NCBI GenBank assembly: GCA_012514975.1
Contig: JAAYZF010000159.1
Coordinates: 1-55,625 of the forward strand
Source: a bacterium
GTDB lineage: Bacteria; Auribacterota; UBA3054; JAAYZF01
Length of the DNA: 55,625 nt
Direction of reading: 5' to 3'
A model generated the notes under the pieces. That model was not told the origin of the DNA and did not search any database. It saw only the letters and a program-made list of their open reading frames with translations. The translations under genes and the position numbers were made by a program. Below are positions 52,873-55,625 of the stretch, in pieces (the first letter of the stretch is position 1; every line of letters begins with the position of its first letter).

Positions 52873-55625
52873 ATGGCTCCCAACGCTGAATGGCGCCACC
52901 GGATAGACCGGTGGGTCGAACATCTCAAGGAATTGTTCTACGTCCCGCTGGGCTCGGTCGGGTTCAAAGGCTTCACAACCCATGATCAGCTCACGCCGCA
53001 GCAGGCGCTGCGCGGGCCGTTCAAGCCCATGCCTCCCGGCACGAGGTACGGCGCCAAGTGGGAGTACGCATGGTTGAAAGCCACGCTCACGCTGACAAAG
53101 GAAGCACGCGGCGAACGTATCGTCCTGCGCGCTGACACGGGCGGCGAGAGCGCTGTCTGGGTGAATGGCACGGCAGCAGGCGCACAGGACTGGATGCATC
53201 GTGAAATCACTCTCGCCGTGAAGGGCGTGCCCGGCAAGACGTACGACATCCTCTTCGAGACCTATGCCGGCCACGGCCCCACACCCTGTGGCGACGGCCC
53301 CGTCCCCCATGGACAATCGAGCGTGCCCGAGCCGCCTGCCGCCCAGCGCGAAGTCAAACAGAGCTCCTTCGGCATCTGGAACGAGGACGTCTACCAGGCA
53401 TGGCTTGATGTCCAGACATTGCTGGAACTGCGGGACAACATCGAGCAGGACTCGCTGCGCGTCGCCGAGATAGACGAGGCGCTTCGCGCGTTCACCCTCA
53501 TTGCCGACCTCGAGCTTCCCCGCGCCGAACTCCTCGCCTCGATCGCCAGGGCGCGCGCGCGGCTCAAGCCCCTCCTCCACTGCACCAACGGCTCGACGTC
53601 CCCGCTCATGTACTGCTTCGGCCACTCGCACATCGACGTTGCCTGGCTCTGGCCACTGGCCGAGACGGAGCGCAAGTGCCGCCGCACTTTCGCCACCCAG
53701 CTCGCCCTCATGGACGAATACCCCGAGTACAAGTTCCTTCAGAGCCAGACGCATCTGTACTGGATGACGATGAAACGGTATCCGGACCTCTACCGCCGCA
53801 TCAAGCAGGCCGCCGCACGAGGCCAGTGGATCGCCGACGGCGGCATGTGGGTCGAGCCCGATACCAATCTCGCCTCGGGCGAGTCCCTCATCCGCCAGTT
53901 CATCCACGGCAAGCGGTTCTTCAGCGAGGAATTCGGCGTCGAAAGCGAATTCATGTGGCTGCCCGACGTCTTCGGCTACTCGGGCGCGCTGCCGCAGATC
54001 ATGCAGGGCTGCGGCATCAAGTACTTCTCGACCCAGAAAATCTTCTGGAACTACCACGGGGGCGACACGTTCCCCTACCATACCTTCTGGTGGGAAGGCA
54101 TCGACGGGTCAACGATCCTCGCGCACATCCACAATGACTACAACTCACAGGCCTCGCCCGTGCACGTCATCACGCGCTGGAACGACCGCGTGCAGAAGCA
54201 TGGCATCGTCTCCCGCCTCTTCCCCTTCGGCTGGGGCGACGGCGGCGGCGGGCCGACACGCGACCATCTCGAATTCCTCCGCCGGATGAAAAATCTCGAA
54301 GGCGCGCCGCGCTGCCAGATCACCCACCCCGTCCAGTTCTTCAAGGACGAGGAGAAGCGCAACGCCGCCCTGCCGACCTACGTCGGCGAGCTCTACTTCC
54401 AGGCGCACCGCGGCACCTACACCTCGCAGGCCCGCACCAAGCTGGGCAACCGCAGGAACGAGTTCAACCTCCGCGACACCGAGCTCTGGGGCGCCGCCGC
54501 GGCCGCCCTGGCCGGACAGCCGTACCCGGCGAAGAAGATGGACGGCCTGTGGAAGCTTCTGCTCCTGAACCAGTTCCACGACATCATCCCCGGCTCGTCC
54601 ATCGCGCGCGTCTACCAGGAGGCCGAAGCGCACCACGCGCAGATAGCCGCTGAATCAGCCGCGCTGTCAGCAAAGGCGAAGGCGGCGCTGGTGAACAAGG
54701 ATGACAAGGCGCTCACCGTGTTCAACGCGCTGTCATGGAACCGCGGCGCGCTCGTCCCGCTGCCCAAGGCGTTCAAGGGCGCCGTGGATGCCGCGGGCGC
54801 GCCCCTGCCCGTCCAGAACATCCACGGCACTGTGTTCGCTCGAATCGACAACATCCCCGCCTGCGGCTGGACGACCGTGCGCAACGGCGCGCCGGTGAAG
54901 ATCGCCAACGAGATCACCGCCACGCCCTCGCTGCTCGAGAACGCGTGGCTGCGCGTCAGGCTCGATGCCAAAGGCGCCATCACCAGCGTGGTGGACAAGG
55001 TGACCGGCCGCGAGTTCGCCGCGGGACACTGCAACGCATTGTGCATGTACAAGGACGTGCCTTCAGCCTTTGATGCATGGGATGTCGACAGCATGTACAA
55101 GCAGCAACCCGTGCCGCTCGATGCCGCCGCGGATATCTCCGTCGTCGCCGCAGGCCCGCTCGAAGGCGTCATCCGCGTCACGCGCTCCATCGCTCATTCC
55201 ACGCTCACGCAGGACATCGTGCTGCGCGCCGACAGCCGCCGCATTGACTTCCGCACCGTCGTCGACTGGCGCGAGAGCCACCGCTTGCTCAAAGTCAACT
55301 TCCCGGTCAATATCCACGCCAACGATGCCATCCACGAAATCCAGTTCGGCCATCTGCGCCGCCCGACCCACGCATCCCGCCAGTTCGACGCCGACCGGTT
55401 CGAGGTGAGCAATCACAAGTGGACGGCGCTGGCCGAGGAAGGCTGCGGCGCCGCCGTGCTCAACGACTGCAAGTACGGCGTGAACGTCGAAGGCAGCAGC
55501 ATCAACCTCACCCTCCTGCGCTCGCCGCTGATGCCCGACATGACGGCCGACAAGGGCGTGCAGGAGTTCACCTACGCGCTGTATGTCTGGAGCGGCGCGC
55601 TTGCCGACAGCGGCATCGTCAGGCA
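52873..55625 (+). CDS. GH38 alpha-mannosidase (copy 2), 3'-truncated by the window end
   Basis: ATG 52873 preceded by AAGGA. Collinear with copy 1 at a constant +3141 nt offset. Not in the ORF track because no stop is reached. Confidence 0.9.
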   Translation, partial: MAPNAEWRHRIDRWVEHLKELFYVPLGSVGFKGFTTHDQLTPQQALRGPFKPMPPGTRYGAKWEYAWLKATLTLTKEARGERIVLRADTGGESAVWVNGTAAGAQDWMHREITLAVKGVPGKTYDILFETYAGHGPTPCGDGPVPHGQSSVPEPPAAQREVKQSSFGIWNEDVYQAWLDVQTLLELRDNIEQDSLRVAEIDEALRAFTLIADLELPRAELLASIARARARLKPLLHCTNGSTSPLMYCFGHSHIDVAWLWPLAETERKCRRTFATQLALMDEYPEYKFLQSQTHLYWMTMKRYPDLYRRIKQAAARGQWIADGGMWVEPDTNLASGESLIRQFIHGKRFFSEEFGVESEFMWLPDVFGYSGALPQIMQGCGIKYFSTQKIFWNYHGGDTFPYHTFWWEGIDGSTILAHIHNDYNSQASPVHVITRWNDRVQKHGIVSRLFPFGWGDGGGGPTRDHLEFLRRMKNLEGAPRCQITHPVQFFKDEEKRNAALPTYVGELYFQAHRGTYTSQARTKLGNRRNEFNLRDTELWGAAAAALAGQPYPAKKMDGLWKLLLLNQFHDIIPGSSIARVYQEAEAHHAQIAAESAALSAKAKAALVNKDDKALTVFNALSWNRGALVPLPKAFKGAVDAAGAPLPVQNIHGTVFARIDNIPACGWTTVRNGAPVKIANEITATPSLLENAWLRVRLDAKGAITSVVDKVTGREFAAGHCNALCMYKDVPSAFDAWDVDSMYKQQPVPLDAAADISVVAAGPLEGVIRVTRSIAHSTLTQDIVLRADSRRIDFRTVVDWRESHRLLKVNFPVNIHANDAIHEIQFGHLRRPTHASRQFDADRFEVSNHKWTALAEEGCGAAVLNDCKYGVNVEGSSINLTLLRSPLMPDMTADKGVQEFTYALYVWSGALADSGIVR

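Larger units (their letters stand above)
49720..55625 (+). repeat. Tandem direct duplication (period 3141 bp) of the GH38 gene including its RBS
   Basis: 49732.. and 52873.. align without indels wherever I compared them. For example, 52240.. equals 55381.., and the last ~105 nt (52380-52484 vs 55521-55625) are identical. The antisense shadow ORFs are also mirrored. Confidence 0.92.

Noticed and set aside
49729-54081. Twin minus-strand ORFs 49729..50991 (420 aa) and 52852..54081 (409 aa), which look like a conserved paralog pair
   Set aside because: They are mirror images of the duplicated GH38 genes on the opposite strand. Their apparent conservation only reflects the tandem duplication.
1-55625. 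Prophage, genomic island, transposon or other mobile DNA
   Set aside because: No integrase, transposase, tRNA attachment site, terminal inverted repeats or compositional break is visible. The AT-rich spots are short and coincide with promoter-like intergenic gaps.

Overview
This is a 55.6-kb, densely coding, visibly GC-rich chromosomal segment (roughly two-thirds G+C by eye, not computed). I can support 42 protein-coding genes. I found no rRNA, tRNA, CRISPR array, transposase or integrase. Most long ORFs in the six-frame track are antisense or out-of-frame shadows, as expected in high-GC DNA. The track also translates GTG/TTG starts as M, so I re-picked several starts from the sequence. Gene content from left to right: (1) an RND efflux pump. 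(2) A glycan-processing patch: a sulfatase without a signal peptide, a Gfo/Idh/MocA oxidoreductase and a heparinase II/III-like lyase. (3) A PEP-CTERM surface protein with a divergent AraC regulator. (4) A PolC-type replicative polymerase that lacks the proofreading-exonuclease insert. (5) A translationally coupled sulfatase and polyol-phosphate dehydrogenase pair. (6) A minus-strand run rpoN -> TPR protein -> TrmH methyltransferase -> 69-aa ORF -> XPB partner -> XPB helicase. (7) rsmB. (8) A type IV pilus/T2SS-like block: PilR/PilS-like two-component system, PilC, PilB, a stand-alone T2SSE_N protein and a membrane protein. (9) Envelope and hypothetical genes. (10) An uncharacterised module of two paralogous kinase-like/N-deoxyribosyltransferase-like fusion proteins around a Cys-rich protein. 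(11) rlmN, LolA/LolB-like genes, folE, a PTPS/QueD gene, alr, a GT4 glycosyltransferase, a LysM lipoprotein and pal. (12) uvrD/pcrA, a DUF362 Fe-S protein and two tandemly duplicated GH38 alpha-mannosidases, the second cut by the window end. The gene content suggests a Gram-negative PVC-type bacterium (Kiritimatiellota/Lentisphaerota/Verrucomicrobiota-like), but that is a guess. AT-rich TATAAT-type boxes stand out in the few intergenic gaps. The most noteworthy items are the kinase-like/NDT-like plus Cys-rich module (35.8-38.6 kb), the exonuclease-less PolC, and the XPB plus partner pair inside an rpoN-led operon.
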